Position numbers and translations under genes: made by a program
Notes under the pieces: generated by a model
Told to the model about the DNA's origin: nothing
Seen by the model: only the letters and a program-made list of their open reading frames with translations
Database searches by the model: none
Source of the DNA: Octopus sinensis
Lineage: Eukaryota
Length of the DNA: 64,000 nt
Direction of reading: 5' to 3'
Assembly (NCBI RefSeq): GCF_006345805.1
Contig: NC_043009.1
Location: 36,208,001-36,272,000, forward strand
Part shown: positions 1 to 13,103 of the stretch, one piece after another
Numbering within the stretch: position 1 is the first letter of the stretch
Layout of the letters: the number at the start of each line of letters is the position of its first letter

Positions 1-139
1 TATATTTGTATTTTCGGACATATAAATACTTAGAATAAAATGATTTTTCCCCTGTGTTAAAAAGTTAAAATTGCCTTAATTACATAAAAAATATACATGT
101 ATATATATTTTGATGAATTTTCGAAGCATTTTTCAGTAT

Positions 140-177
<38 letters not shown>

Positions 178-181
<4 letters not shown>

Positions 182-1021
182 TAAACAGTAAAATTAATTA
201 CAGACATGGACAAGAACATGAAACACCACAGAGACGACACAAGAACCACAGGACGGGACATTCGAACCCTCAGTCATCAGTCAAGAACCAGATCATCTTA
301 GCAATTTCGGCTGATTAATCTTGAGATTGCTCCGATATGGCCAGCCCGCCAAGGGAAATCTAAGCCAAGCGCATTAGATCCCCTGGAAGAAAGCTTCGAA
401 TGTATACAACGAAAGGACGGAAAACGATCGAAGACACACAAACAAAAATACAGAATACGTGACACCAATAAGAATACAAAAACGTAAAAACAATAACGGT
501 AAAAATAAAAATAAACAACAAAACAAAACCAGGACGTAGGACAAGGGTCTTTCGACAGGACGATTTGAGTATGGGGCTGCTTGTGAAGTTGTGCCTAAAG
601 GCCACGGGGAGACGAACAAATACGTGTTGCTTCTGAGGCTGCTGAAAACGAAAAGAGCGCTCAACAGCGGCTAGCTGTCACGTGAGAACAAACAGGAGAA
701 AGGGACAGATGAAAAGGGAGAGAAGGTGGACGAGGAGGAGAAGAAGAGACAGATCGAGGGGCTGGAGGTGAGAGAGATAGAGAAACGTAGAAAGGGGGGG
801 GGGACGGATGGAGAGGGAAAGAAAGGAAGTGGAATAAGGGAGGAGAGAGAGAGAGAGAAAAAGAGACAGATTAAGAGTCGTATCAAAGCTTGAGAAAAAA
901 TTACTTATCGTATAAGGACAATGTGGATACGTAGCCGCCGATTATATAGGTAAACAGTAAAATTAATTACAGACATGGACAAGACATGAAACACCACAGA
1001 GACGACACAGAACCACAGGAC
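178..1021 (-). mobile_element. Non-coding Penelope-like (pseudo-LTR/retrozyme-like) unit with ~75-bp terminal direct repeat
   Basis: TAGGTAAACAGTAAAATTAATTACAGACATGGACAAG...AACCACAGGAC occurs at 178-253 and again at 947-1021. The interior is purine-rich on +, and the unit is flanked by (AT)n. The minus strand has GAAA...CTGATGA (255-312). Architecture parallels the 58701-60390 family. Confidence 0.55.
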
Positions 1022-1047
1022 ATATATATATATGAGATATTGAATTG

Positions 1048-1743
1048 TTAGAAAGGATCACAAAGTACAGTTCTCAAAATTGCTGCAGAACTTAATGGCC
1101 ACCTCCAGAACAGAGTTTCCACAAAAATTGTTCTCCGGGAGCTGCACAGAGCCGGATTTCACGGGAGGGCTGCAATCAGAATTATTTTCTCGGACGACTA
1201 ATCCTTTACCCTATTTCCGACCACCGGCCGAGTATAAGTGTGGAGATAGTCAAAAGAAGCATTTGACTCAGACTGACTTCTTCCAACTGGAGGAGTATCT
1301 GTGAGGATCTGGGTGGGGCTATATCTGGAAAATCCGCCGGTCCAATGGCTTCCCTTCATGGCAGAATTAATAGGTAAGACTATTTAAGCATTTTATTTGA
1401 TCAAATTCATCCTCTGGTTGCGGAACTGTTTCCGGCGGGAAGCGCAATCTTTCATGATGATAATGCACCAATTCACACAGCTAACGTTGTTACTGAATGG
1501 CACGAGGAACATTCTAGGGAAGTTGGAGATCTTATCTGGCCACCACAATCCTCAGATCTCAATATTATTGAACATTTATGGTGCGTATTAGGAAAACAAG
1601 CTAAGAGTCGATATCTACCACTTTGTACAAGTCCATACCTCGTAGAACTGAAGCTGTAATTACTGGCAAAGGCGGTCCTACTCCATATTAAAATAAATTT
1701 GTTTGAAAATTTAAGGTGTTTCCATTATTTTGCTCAGCCCCTG
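1048..1743 (+). pseudogene. Tc1-family transposase remnant (internally deleted, with stops and frameshifts) plus 3' TIR
   Basis: Manual translation gives KIAAELNGHLQNRVSTKIVLRELHRAGFHGRAAIR, IIFSDD and IFHDDNAPIHTANVVTEWHEEHSREVGDLIWPPQSSDLNIIEHLW. It ends ...TTATTTTGCTCAGCCCCTG followed by TA. Confidence 0.85.
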
Positions 1744-2059
1744 TATACATAGACGCATACATATATAAATAAACACACATACGCACACATATATAAATAT
1801 ACACACACGCGCGCACACATACGCACACACAATATATATATATACATACAAACACATATATATATGTATATAAATATATATATGCATATATATATGCATA
1901 TACATATATACACATATGTAGATATGCACATATATACATATGGACATTTGTAAATACATACGTAGATATATGTAATATATTTATATTATGTGTGTATATA
2001 TATATACATATATAAACATATATATACACATGAATACACACATATGCACACACACACGC

Positions 2060-2096
<37 letters not shown>

Positions 2097-2361
2097 TGCC
2101 TGTCTGTTGTGTAAAATATAAGTGACAGTTCAGCACCAGATGAGGTTTAAAATTATTGCATGTCTCTATCCAACATTGGGAGCAATTCAAAACTGATTTG
2201 TTTTAGAACAGCTAAACCAATCTTCCTAATTTATAGCATGTATACAAGCCTCTGACTAAAGTATGTAACTTGTGTACATAATTCATTCGCTTTAATTACA
2301 TATAATCATATCGCCATTCAGTGTATATATATACAGATGTAAATATGTATATATATATATA

Positions 2362-2500
2362 TTTGTGGTGTCCTGTACACACGTATATATATTTATATAT
2401 GCATGTATATATACATGTAGATGTAGGTACGTACATATATGTTTGTATGTATGCATATATTTTATTTATTATACTATTGTATGACTGAGCGCCCTCGCGT
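2362..2500 (+). mobile_element. 3' fragment of the 58701-60390 repeat family
   Basis: Shares GTGTCCTGTACAC...CATGTAGATGTAGGTACGTACATATATGTTTG with 14893-15000, 59450-59550 and 60295-60380. Confidence 0.6.
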
Positions 2501-2554
2501 CGATTCGATTCGATTCGCTTCGTTTCGTTTCGTTTCTCCTTCTCTAAGCTGGTT

Positions 2555-2585
<31 letters not shown>

Positions 2586-3133
2586 TACACATATGTTTGT
2601 GTCTTTGTGCGTATATATATATATATATATGTGTGTTTGTATGTATGTGTGTGTGTATACGTACATAGATACACTACATGCACACACACGTGCGTGCATA
2701 CACACATATGTGTGCATACACACACACGCGTGCACGCTCGCGCACACATGTATGCGTGTATGGGTGTGCGTCGTGTGTTTCTACATCTCTGCACAAACAC
2801 AAAGACAAAAATACTCAATAACCGTAAGCAACAATAACAGCAGCAACATTAGTAATCCTTTCTACAATAGGCATATAAGGCCTGAAATTCTTGGGGAAGT
2901 GGGCTCATCGATGACATCGACCCCAGTGCTCAACTGGTACTTATGTTATCGACTCCGAAAGGAAGAAAAGCAAAGACGACTTCAGTGGATTTTTGAAGTC
3001 AGATTCCGCTGAAGTCAACTTTGTGTTTCTACCTTTCAGGATTAATGAAATGAGGATCAGTCAAGTACTGAGGTCGATTACATTGACTTATCCCCATCCT
3101 TTAAAACGCCTGGCCTTGTACCAAAGTTTGAAA

Positions 3134-3134
<1 letters not shown>

Positions 3135-3186
<52 letters not shown>

Positions 3187-3337
3187 TAATAATAATAATA
3201 ATAATGGTTGTGATGCATGTGCCTGGTGTACCCTTATCAGACGGGTAGTCATGGTGAGTATATTGGGCTTCGTATATTTTACCCCAGTGTCTCTTTGATG
3301 GCATGAACCGCTCTCTCACTCAATAATAATAATAATG

Positions 3338-3381
<44 letters not shown>

Positions 3382-3402
3382 TATTATTATTATTATTATT
3401 AT
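3135..3402 (+). repeat. (AAT)n tracts flanking a ~120-bp interspersed repeat fragment
   Basis: (AAT)n at 3135-3205 and 3323-3402. The core 3205-3322 recurs inverted at about 44125-44242. Confidence 0.8.
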
Positions 3403-3733
3403 TTGCCTTTTACCCTTTCAGGGTCGATAAAAAAAAGTACCAGTGAAATACTGAGGACGCTGTAATCCACTCGTTCCGTTTCCAACTTAAGTTGCTGGAC
3501 TGTGCCAGAATTTGAAAGTTTTTTATTAGTAATATTATATTCGTGTTTGTGTGTATTTTTATAAACGTATATAAATACACACACACACGCATACACACAC
3601 ACGCGCACACACGCACACATACACACACATACACATACACACACACACACATAAAATAACTTCAGATTTCTCAATAGTTCAGCGTAGATATTCTCTTTTT
3701 CATTGATCTTCGTGTTTATGTTAACATATAATA

Positions 3734-4151
3734 GGCGCAGGAGTGGCTGTGTGGTAAGTAGCTTGCTAACCAACCACATGGTTCCGGGTTCAGTCCCACT
3801 GCGTGGCATCTTGGGCAAGTGTCTTCTGCTATAGCCCCGGGCCGACCAATGCCTTGTGAGTGGATTTGGTAGACGGAAACTGAAAGAAGCCTGTCGTATA
3901 TATATATATATATATATGTATGTTTGTGTATGTGTTGTGTGTCTGTGTTTGTCTCCCTAGCATTGCTTGACAACCGACGCTGGTGTGTTTACGTCCCCGT
4001 CACTTAGCGGTTCGGCAAAAGAGACCGATAGAATAAGTACTGGGCTTACAAAGAATAAGTCCCGGGGTCGATTTTCACGACTAAAGGCGGTGCTCCAGCA
4101 TGGCCGCAGTCAAATGACTGAAACAAGTAAAAGAGTAAACGAGTAAAGAGT
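3734..4151 (+). mobile_element. tRNA-derived SINE family A, full length
   Basis: Head GGCGCAGGAGTGGCTGTGTGGTAAG...GGTTCAGTCCCAC (Pol III box-like), central (AT/GT)n, and tail GAAACAAGTAAAAGAGTAAA. More than 10 copies occur in the window. Confidence 0.9.
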
Positions 4152-4389
4152 AATATGCTGGGCGGATAATTTCCACAACTGTACGCAGTTTCTCTTCTCT
4201 ATCCCAAATCAAGTATATTATGTTTACATTCTATTGAGGCTTACACTGGGTCATTCCACCAATACACCTTTTTATTATATGTGTCTATGGCTACTACCAT
4301 CCTGTGGGTTCTTATTTCTTTGTCCTTGGGGTTATTCTTCCACCAAATTTCATTATAGAGTGTCCTAGCTACAACATTATGTCTCATCG

Positions 4390-4985
4390 GTAGTTATTAC
4401 CCTGATGATATTTCCAAATGTTGCTGTTTCTGATTTTCATTGAGTTCATGTGGAACCCACTTATCCAACTTTTTCACTTTACCGATTTGAACTAGGTGAG
4501 TCATTATTGTTTGCTTGCTAACACCAAACAATAACGATAATTCACGGGCACTTTGAGATAGATGTGACTCGACGGTGGCTTTTAGTTCGTCTTTATCCAC
4601 CTTTATTTCTGGTTGACCGCGTTGCTGATTTGTGAGGTCAAAGTTACCAGAACGAAATTTTGCAAACCAATTTGATACTGTCTGCTGTGTAATAACATTA
4701 GAATGAAATACTCCATTAATATTCCGAGTTGTCTGTAATACTGTATTTCCAAGAAAGAACTCATATATCAAAACTGTACGAATTTATGACTTATCCATAT
4801 CTAAACAAAAATAGCAAAAAACGATTTATAAATACTTTATAAATTGCAAAATGAGTCAGAATAAAGAAATAGATGTATCAGCTTTCTAACAAAAAATATT
4901 GTCAAAATATAATATTGGCGCAAAATGAGCAGCTGTCAAAATTTACCATATACCTTACTTCAAATTTCATACTTGACGACCTAAT
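4390..4985 (-). pseudogene. Mariner transposase remnant (N-terminal HTH to WVPHEL) with one TIR
   Basis: ORF 4397-4771 reads ...WFAKFRSGNFDL...RGQPEIKVD...KKLDKWVPHELNENQK. The right end on the minus strand reads TATTAGGTCGTC, a mariner-type TIR start. Confidence 0.85.
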
Positions 4986-5106
4986 ATATATATATGAGTA
5001 TGTGTGTGTGTGTGTGTGTGAGTGTGTGTGTGAGTGTGTGTGTGAGTGTGTGTGTGCATGTGAGTGTGTGTGTGTGTACATATATATATATATATACATA
5101 CATACA

Positions 5107-5139
<33 letters not shown>

Positions 5140-5141
5140 TA

Positions 5142-5182
<41 letters not shown>

Positions 5183-5199
5183 TACTGATATATATACAT

Positions 5200-5500
5200 A
5201 TATAGGTATGTTAATGTAAACAGGAGAAATAGAACTCGAAATATGAGTGTATGTATATATTTATTAATATTTAGCAGAAGTAACAAAGTGACTCAAGGTC
5301 CGAGAGTTTCGTGCGTTGACACTAATAGATATGCATTCTGAATGCTCAAAGTAGCTGGTGTTGTCAACAGTGTTGAGGTACATCCTACTAGATTTGCTTC
5401 AGGAATTTCTTGGTGTCCGCAGAGTTTATAAAAATATGAGAGAAAGAACATGAAATTTATGAAACCCTTTATTCTCTCTACAATCATTGCGACCAATCAG
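5200..5500. mobile_element. Interspersed repeat, related copy at ~28500-28700
   Basis: CTTCAGGAATT(T)CTT..GTGTCC..AGAGTTTATAA...CTTTATT is shared with 28600-28690. Both copies adjoin (AT)n or (CA)n. The class is uncertain (Penelope-like suspected). Confidence 0.4.
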
Positions 5501-5769
5501 GCATCGACACCTCGCCGGTGAGATGCTGTGCAAATAATTGTGATGCATCATAGATGCAGATGTATCTCGTCAGGTGGATTGTCAAAAGGTAGCTTGATTT
5601 TTTTTATTCGCCATTTCGCCTATTTGCATAACAATTCAAACATACATACACATACACAGATACGAACACAGATATACAAACACAGACACACACATATACA
5701 TACATGCACAGAAACAAACACATATGTACACATACACAGAGATATGTGCATATATGCATACCTGCCTTC

Positions 5770-5793
5770 CCACAAATCCCTCATACCATATAT

Positions 5794-5846
<53 letters not shown>

Positions 5847-5880
5847 CATATAACGTATACATAATATATAATATATATAT

Positions 5881-5923
<43 letters not shown>

Positions 5924-5956
5924 CATATATATATATATATATATATACATATACGT

Positions 5957-5994
<38 letters not shown>

Positions 5995-6017
5995 TCTATA
6001 TATATATATACATATAC

Positions 6018-6061
<44 letters not shown>

Positions 6062-6071
6062 TATATATATG

Positions 6072-6150
<79 letters not shown>
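5770..6150. repeat. Long (AT)n / (ACAT)n microsatellite
   Basis: Read directly. It is the source of the poly-YI ORFs. Confidence 0.95.
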
Positions 6151-6152
<2 letters not shown>

Positions 6153-6747
6153 CATACATATGCACACACACATATATATATTGGGCTAATTATCAATTTA
6201 ATTCTGTTTGCTTATAGTTGTGTAAATTGCGTATGTATTAGTGCATGTGTATGTCTTTATGTGTGTGTTTGTGTTGTGTGAGCGTGCGTGTATCTGTATG
6301 TGTGTATTTGTGTGTGTATGTGTGTGATACATAACATCATTTTATGCCATTTGTTAATCTGTTTACAATACAGTTGAACAAGAGACTGCGTGTAATATAT
6401 CATCAACATACCGGAGATTTATATCACCTCATTATTATATACACAAATTCATGACATACTTCCTCATGATACTATACAATATACAAGTGTAAACATACAT
6501 ATAGCTGAATCATATACACATATATATACACAGATACAGCACGCTTATAGATTTATAAATATTTGGACATAAATATACATACACACAAACACACACACAC
6601 ACATGCATATTAACCTATCTACATATATGCACGCATACATACATTCAGTATATAGCGTATATGCTTATGTACAAATGAGATTTGCATATATATATGCATG
6701 TATGTGTGTGGGTGTATATATATATATATATGTGTATGTATGTATAT

Positions 6748-6751
<4 letters not shown>

Positions 6752-6821
<70 letters not shown>
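6752..6821. repeat. (AG)n microsatellite
   Basis: Read directly. Confidence 0.95.
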
Positions 6822-6825
<4 letters not shown>

Positions 6826-7381
6826 TATGAGGTGTATACGTCAGGATGAATCAAATTATTAGGTATGCATTCTGAGTTCTCAAATAGGTGTGCTACCAAA
6901 ATTTCAGTTAGAACAGCGGTTGAGGTTGTAGCTGTGTGATTGTCTTTTTCAAAAAGCGGCTAATGGTGGCTTCCCTTTGAGTCAGTAGTTCTCAGTTAAA
7001 GTAGTGAGGAAAAGCAAAGAATTATTCAAGGCAGGATAAGACATTTGATTTCATTTAATTCAACCTAAAATTTAGATACATAACGAATGATAAAAATTGT
7101 ACAAAGTAGTAAAGATAGTCTCTGACAGCTGTTTCTGGGATATCCCTGCAATTGGAGCATCGTATGAAGCTAAGACTCTTTAAGTTGCGTCTACTGTCAT
7201 AGGAGAAATATAGGTTAGACAGTGGAAGAATCTTCCTCATCAATGATATTTGTTGTGGTTCACTACTTTAAACTATATATGTGTGTATGTATGTATATAT
7301 ATATATATAAATGTAAATATATCTATCTATCTATATATATATACATACATACGTGCATGCATACATACATACATACATACA

Positions 7382-7413
<32 letters not shown>

Positions 7414-7611
7414 ATCATACATACATACACACACGCACACATATAAATACATAATTGGAGGCCTTACGTGATTTTACTGCATCAACTATTATGCCAGAAA
7501 ATACGGTAATAATATCAATAAATGTCTTATAAATAAAAAGTCTTCTTATCAATCACAGTACACGATTAGTAAAAATTCTGCTAAATGCAATTGCATAGAA
7601 ATATCGGTTTC

Positions 7612-7820
7612 AAATTTTGGCACGGAGCCAGCAATTTGGGGGTGGGGTGGGGTTAAGTCGATTACATTGACCCTATAGTTCAACTGGTACTTATTTTATC
7701 GGGCCCGACTGGATGAAAAGCAAAGTCAACTTCAGTGGACTTTGAACTCAGAATGTAGAGACAGACGACATGCAGCTAAGCATTCTGCCAGGCGTGCTAA
7801 CTATTCTGTAGCTCGTCGCC
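7612..7820 (-). mobile_element. tRNA-derived SINE family C (AGGCGGCGAGCTGGCAGAATCGTTAGC head type)
   Basis: AAGTCGATTACATTGACCC...ACTGGTACTTATTTTATCG...TTTGAACTCAGAA...GTGCTAAC. Related copies lie at ~2860-3120, 12085-12225, 13735-13850, 35477-35615, 42445-42590, 42876-43038, 49341-49578 and 55198-55338. Confidence 0.8.
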
Positions 7821-8201
7821 TTTACTATACAGAAATATTGCTTTCTGTTTTTCACAGCAGCAAAAGCATAAAGTATTTGGTCAACAATGTTGCCAACGGA
7901 CCTGTCGGTATATTTTCTCGTGGTATTGAGTACTACTACAAGGTTTATGTCTGTTTAACCTCAGATGTCTCCCTCATTTGAGATTACTGGAAGAGCCTTC
8001 TCCAGAACATTGTCCTAATTATATCAGCCGAAAACTCATTGGTCTAAAGCATATTGGCCGAAATACAAATTGGTCGAAAGTCTAGTTGATCGAAGATATA
8101 TTCAGCAAAAGAAAGGTGGAATATTCATTGAAATTTTAATATTTTTTCGAAGGCGTAGGTAAAATATGAAATTCTAAGACATACTCCTCGAACTATTTTA
8201 A

Positions 8202-8274
<73 letters not shown>

Positions 8275-9088
8275 GATCGATCGATCGATCGATCTATCTA
8301 TTCAGACAAATTGATAGATAAATACGATTGCAGTGTCTCTATAGATGGAGAAATATGTAATTCTATGTTGTTACAAAAGTATATATTATGTACATTTATA
8401 CATACATACATACATACATACATACATACATACATACATACTACATACATACATACATACATACATACAAAACTTACATACATACATACATATGTGTATA
8501 TAGACATATCTGTACATATATATATATATATATATATATGTTGTGTGTGTGTTATATATGTGCGTGATATTTATATATATATGTGTGTGTACATGTGTGA
8601 GTGTGTGTGTGTGTATGTGAGTGCGTGTGTATGTCTATTTGTGTGTTTGTGTGTATTCATGTATACACTCCTCAAAGGATCGTTTCATCTTTTAACTGCA
8701 AATATATTTGCTTTCGACATTAAATTGAATGAAAGTGGTTTTTTTTGGTTGTTTGTTATCAGCAGTGATTGTTATTCTATAAAATAGATGTTGCTATTAC
8801 TGTTGTTGTTGCTGCTGCTGTTGTTATAGTTGTGGTTTGTTATATGTGTTGGGTCAAAGCGAACAGTCGCTGGCGCCATATGGCCCTGGTGACTGTTTAT
8901 AGCAGAGAGAAAGACAAAGCAGCAGAAATGCAAAAGCACAGTTCGAGCGCCGCTTCCAGTCAGAAGAGATACGGTTTTCCTCGTAAAAATTGAATAACAG
9001 CAGCAGCAACAACAACAACAACAAAAATATAACTTGATAAAAGATATCGTCCCGCAAGAACTACGGCAAGGACCATAAAAATAATAGT

Positions 9089-9091
9089 GAC

Positions 9092-9161
<70 letters not shown>

Positions 9162-9199
9162 GCGAGGATGATGATGATGATGATGATGATGGCGAGGAC

Positions 9200-9260
<61 letters not shown>

Positions 9261-9268
9261 GCGAGGAC

Positions 9269-9302
<34 letters not shown>

Positions 9303-9310
9303 GCGAGGAC

Positions 9311-9344
<34 letters not shown>

Positions 9345-9430
9345 GCGAGGACGATGATGATGATGATGATGATGATGATGAAGATGATGATGATGATGAT
9401 GACGATGATGATGATGATGATGGCGAGGAC

Positions 9431-9467
<37 letters not shown>

Positions 9468-9488
9468 GCGAGGACGATGATGATGATT
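9089..9488 (+). repeat. (GAT)n with periodic GGCGAGGAC interruptions
   Basis: Runs of roughly 10-20 GAT units are separated by (G/T)GCGAGGAC. Confidence 0.95.
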
Positions 9489-9574
9489 GAAAATTATGAT
9501 GACGGTGTTTCCGCTGATAATCTTTTGTTTTTACTTGTTTCGATCATTAGAACTGCGGCCAAGCTGGAGTTACC

Positions 9575-9725
9575 GCCATGAAAAGAATTTAATCGAACGA
9601 ATCGACCCCCAGTATCATTTTCTTTAAAACCTGGTACATGTTCTGTCAGTTTCTTTTACCAAGCCGCTAAGTTACGGACCGTAAACACAGCAGCGGTGGT
9701 GGGGGACAAACAGACACATAGAGAC
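9575..9725 (-). mobile_element. SINE family A, 3' half
   Basis: GCTGGAGTTACCGCC...CCGCTAAGTTACGGACCGTAAACAC matches the reverse complement of the 3' body of 3734-4151. Confidence 0.7.
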
Positions 9726-9786
9726 AAAAACAGATACAAATCTCTCTGTCTCTCCCTCTCTTTCTCTCTCCCTCTCTTTCTCTCTC

Positions 9787-9823
<37 letters not shown>

Positions 9824-9824
<1 letters not shown>

Positions 9825-10124
9825 GAGGCGCAATGACCCAGTGGTTAGGGCAGCGGACTCGCGGTCGTAGTATCGCGGTTTCGATTTCCAGACAGGGCGT
9901 TGTGAGTGTTTATTGAGCGAAAGCACCTAAAGCTCCACGAAGCTCCGAAAGGTGGTGGTGGCGATCCCTGCTGTATTCTTTCACTACAATTTCCTCACAC
10001 TCTTTCTTTTGTTGGCCTGCTCGCTTAGCCAGCGGAGTGGCGTCACTTGATGGCTAAAACAATTCAAAGCGCATTGTGACCAGCGATGTGTAGCAACATC
10101 TGATAACCTGGCCGATCACGTGAT
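9824..10124 (+). mobile_element. tRNA-derived SINE family B
   Basis: Head GGAGGCGCAATGACCCAGTGGTTAGGGCAGCGGACTCGCGG...GGTTTCGATT (A/B boxes) and tail GATCACGTGAT. Close to 22217-22524. Confidence 0.88.
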
Positions 10125-10448
10125 ATATGTGTATGTATTTGTATATGTATGTATAAATCAATATAATACCATAAAGGAAAAATTTTATGGTCACTAATTG
10201 CGGCTGGGGGTGCCGAAGCGCCTCCATTGCAGGAAATAAGAGTTAAAAACTCGTAACGCTGTAAGAAGCGTGCTGTATATATACACTGACAGATAACCGC
10301 CCCTGTAACATCAGCTATTCGCGAAGCTTTTGGTTTTGGCCTTTTATAGGCGATTGATTTTTGATGTAAGCGATCTCTCTTGAAAATAGTCGCAGTAGCA
10401 GTAGCAGTAACAACAGCAACAAAATCAACTATAAATATCTTATATATA

Positions 10449-10892
10449 GGCGCTGGCGTGGCTGTGTAGCAAGAAGCTTGCTTCCTAACCATATGGTTCT
10501 GGGTTCAGGGTTCAGGGTTTCGTCTCACTGCGAGGCCCCTTGGGCAAGTGTCTTCTACTATAGTCTGTGGTTGACCAAAGACATGTGAGTGGATTTGGTA
10601 GACAGAAACTGAAAGAAGCCCACCGTATATACATATAGATATATGTGTGTGTGTGTGGGGGGGGGGTGTCGTTTTGTCTGTGTTTGTCTATCTCCTCCGC
10701 TTGACAACCGGCGGTGGAGTGTTTACGTTTCCATAACTTAACGGTCCGGCAAAAGAAACGGATAGAGTAAATACCAGTCCTAAAGTAAAAAAAAAGTCAC
10801 TGAAGTCGATTCAATCAACTAAAATAAAAATTCAAGGCGGTGCTCCAGCATGGCTGCAGTCTAATGAGTGAAACAAGTAAACGATAAAAGAT
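10449..10892 (+). mobile_element. SINE family A
   Basis: Diverged full-length copy with the same head, body and tail as 3734-4151. Confidence 0.85.
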
Positions 10893-11615
10893 GCACACAC
10901 ACACACACACACACACGCACATGAGCAGTTTCTTAATGAGGCAACTGATCATACGCACAATATTGTTTGGATTCATCTGGGCCACGCCCTGGAAGCTTTA
11001 CAGCCCAGGTTTTCTTCTCTATTTGTGTCTAACGAGAAAATAATAAAACAGAATATTTATCTTGGAACAAGATCTCAATGACTTACTTGTAAGGTCAGAA
11101 CACTTAAATCCCAGTAAACATGTATCAAAATCCCTTTTGAGCGTCTGTAAACCGCCCTTAACATGCATGAAACCCTTTACTTTTGATGGGATACAATTTC
11201 TGTGAAACTTAGCGTCAATTCTTGTCAGCTTTCCAAAACTATTTTAAAGATTTCTTGCCACTTCCGGTTCTTTCTGACATTGCCTGATCCACCCCCACCA
11301 TCGCCACAAAATGTCTTCTTGCTGTGTACCGATTTTTGCCCGAATAATGTTTTTAATCGTTATTTTATTTTTATCAACATTTAATTTATTTGGTTTATTT
11401 TAAATTTATATAATCAGTTTATATGCGAGCGGATGTTTGTAAGAACGAATCCATTTTCGGGTGCACAAGCATACCTGCATGTATTGACACGCGGGTATAT
11501 ATGCAACTGTGTCTGCGCGTGTATATTTGTGAATATGAAGACTGTGCAAAATGTGCGCGCACGTGCGTGTATTTAATTAATATATATATAGCACATACAT
11601 AATATATAATACATA

Positions 11616-11650
<35 letters not shown>

Positions 11651-11684
11651 ATATATACACACATATTTATACTCAGACATATAG

Positions 11685-12050
11685 CTTTTTTAGTCATTGG
11701 ACTGCAGCCATTCTAGGTCACAGCCTTGAAGGATTTTAGTCCCCGGTACTTACTTTTTTAAAGCCTAAAATTTGTTCTGTCGTTTCTTTTGCTGAATCGC
11801 TAAGTTACAGTAACGTAAACTAAACAATACTAGTTGTCAAGCACTGGTGGGGGACAAAATGGACACGCGCGCACACACACAAGACGGGTCTCTATATGTT
11901 TTTTGTCTCCCAAATCCATTCATAAGACTTTGATCGACCCGCTGTGCCACGCAGTGGTACTGAATCTAGAACCGTGTGGTTGAGAAGCGAATTTCTTACT
12001 ACACTTCCATGTGTGCGACTGTGCCAAAGCCTGTAGCCACGCCTGCGCCT
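11685..12050 (-). mobile_element. SINE family A
   Basis: Runs from TAGTCATTGGACTGCAGCC to AGCCACGCCTGCGCCT, the reverse complement of family A. Confidence 0.82.
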
Positions 12051-13103
12051 ATGGCCACGCTCCCGCCTCTTTAATAATCCTTCTACTGAAGGCTCAAGGC
12101 TTGAAATTTGTGGGGAGGGGACTAGTCAACTACATCGACCATAGTGTTTCACTGGTACTTATTTTATCGATTTCGAAAGGATGAAAGGCAAAGTCAACCT
12201 AGACGGATTTTGAACTCAGAACATAATACTAATGATGATGATGATGACGGACTCTTCCCTCAAAAACGACGTATGAGCGTTCAGCTTTTGCCAAACGAGC
12301 TGCACAAATGATTTGTTTATAGTTATCAAGTGTTTGTACTGCACATTAGCACACTCTTTCCTTCAAATCGACGTTGAACAGATGCATGGTGTACTACATG
12401 TCAGGTGTTGAAGTGATCACAGAGCAACATGAGATGAAGTGTTTAGCTTAAGAACACAACGCACCACCTAGTCTAGGAATTGAAATCCCGACCTAGCGGT
12501 CGTGAGTGCAACACCCTACTCACTAAGCCATGAATGATAATTATAATAATTGACCGCAAAATCCGAATGGTAGTGAAGGCAATACTAGGACGAAACAGAA
12601 ACAAACGTGCGCGCGCGCGAAACGGGGTTTGTGTCGATTATAAAGAGAACAAAAACAAAAGCGCATCGGTTGTTTTGGGTACCCCTTCGTACATTAAATG
12701 GCTATGAATAAAGACGGAAATCAAATGGGGTCCATTGGCAAAAAATGATTGAGGAACACTGCTTTATACAATCTATTTTCGTTGTTTGGCCCAGGTCAGC
12801 TCCAGTCATGCAGACATGGTCAAATGGCATTCTAAGACCATCCACCAGTGTTTCTTTACGATTACGTAGGACCACATTATCTAATATATCCGTTTTTAAA
12901 GACGGTGTGTGATGTTTGAAAGAGTGTTTACTATTATTTCCAGCATGTCGAAAGACTACATAGAAAATTCCTCGTTCGCAATGATGATTTAGTTAGCCCC
13001 AGATCAGCCCTAATCAAACAGAATGTCATTATCTTCTTAAGTTGGAGTTAACTAAATAAACAGAACCACCGACCTCTCAGATTTGACAACAGATTGTATA
13101 AAG

